The translations under genes were made by a program, and so were the position numbers. A stretch of 64,000 nt of DNA from an uncultured Pseudomonadales bacterium (GTDB lineage Bacteria > Pseudomonadota > Gammaproteobacteria > Pseudomonadales > JANQJO01), in the NCBI GenBank assembly GCA_964510525.1, contig CAZECE010000042.1, positions 73,272 through 137,271 of the forward strand, in the 5' to 3' direction. Positions 63,916 through 64,000 of this stretch are shown piece after piece. Position 1 is the first letter of the stretch, and each line of letters starts with the position of its first letter. Under the pieces are notes generated by a model. The model saw only the letters and a list, made by a program, of their open reading frames with translations. It was not told the DNA's origin and did not search any database.

Positions 63916-64000
63916 GGAAGCTTCCTTTAAGTAGGGTGTTGAATGACTTGGCTAATTATAGCGCTTCTGCAGCTTGTTTAAATGGGTCTTTTCTCGGCTT

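Noticed and set aside
1-64000. A search by eye for CRISPR arrays, IS elements or transposases, integrases, reverse transcriptases (retron/DGR), integron attC sites and prophage genes.
   Set aside because: None was found. All tandem repeats seen are contiguous 13-17-bp duplications without spacers, and no ORF shows DDE, tyrosine-recombinase or RT motifs. A by-eye scan cannot exclude short or degenerate elements.

Overview
This is a 64-kb chromosomal window from a gammaproteobacterium. The gene order resembles Pseudomonadales/Oceanospirillales, but I cannot name the organism from sequence alone. Most of the window is conserved core genome. Core blocks are sodB-mtaD-ubiG-HAD phosphatase, recQ, and ispE-tRNA(Gln)-prs-rplY-pth-ychF. 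They also include ffs-dnaX-ybaB-recR-rnd, alaA, and a long-form GAPDH followed by a complete nqrABCDEF-apbE-nqrM operon. The last core blocks are ppa, tRNA(Arg), rnpB and the proximal dcw cluster mraZ-rsmH-ftsL-ftsI-murE-murF-mraY-murD-ftsW. Four RNA genes absent from the ORF track were found by eye: three tRNAs, RNase P RNA and 4.5S/SRP RNA, plus a partial vapC at the left edge. Six items deserve a second look. (1) A two-gene cassette (6.4-8.95 kb) holds a divergent second PRPP-synthetase-like enzyme and a 377-aa orphan with His-before-Cys papain-like motifs. It lies between the tRNA(Met) promoter and an lplT-aas fusion gene whose adenylation domain stops at the hinge, which looks like an insertion scar. 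(2) A strongly AT-rich 753-aa orphan (17.2-19.5 kb) sits next to a second orphan. (3) An isocitrate-dehydrogenase-like gene (62.2-63.9 kb) carries an internal ~165-aa tandem duplication, and the two copies keep complementary sets of catalytic residues. This gene also interrupts the dcw cluster directly after ftsW. (4) A small variable region around tRNA(Arg) carries an AAA+/PD-(D/E)xK ATPase and a HEPN/MNT pair. (5) There is a CsgG/DUF4810/DUF799 lipoprotein triad, a REC-RsbW-like fusion and a vWA-less YfbK-like protein. (6) Short 13-17-bp tandem duplications recur, some in frame as pentapeptide repeats (ubiG, murE, the YfbK-like gene) and some abutting stop codons (dnaX, alaA, the M48 gene). 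No CRISPR array, transposase, integrase or prophage was seen. All family assignments rest on motif recognition by eye, with no database search. RNA ends and regulatory sites are approximate (about +/-5 nt).
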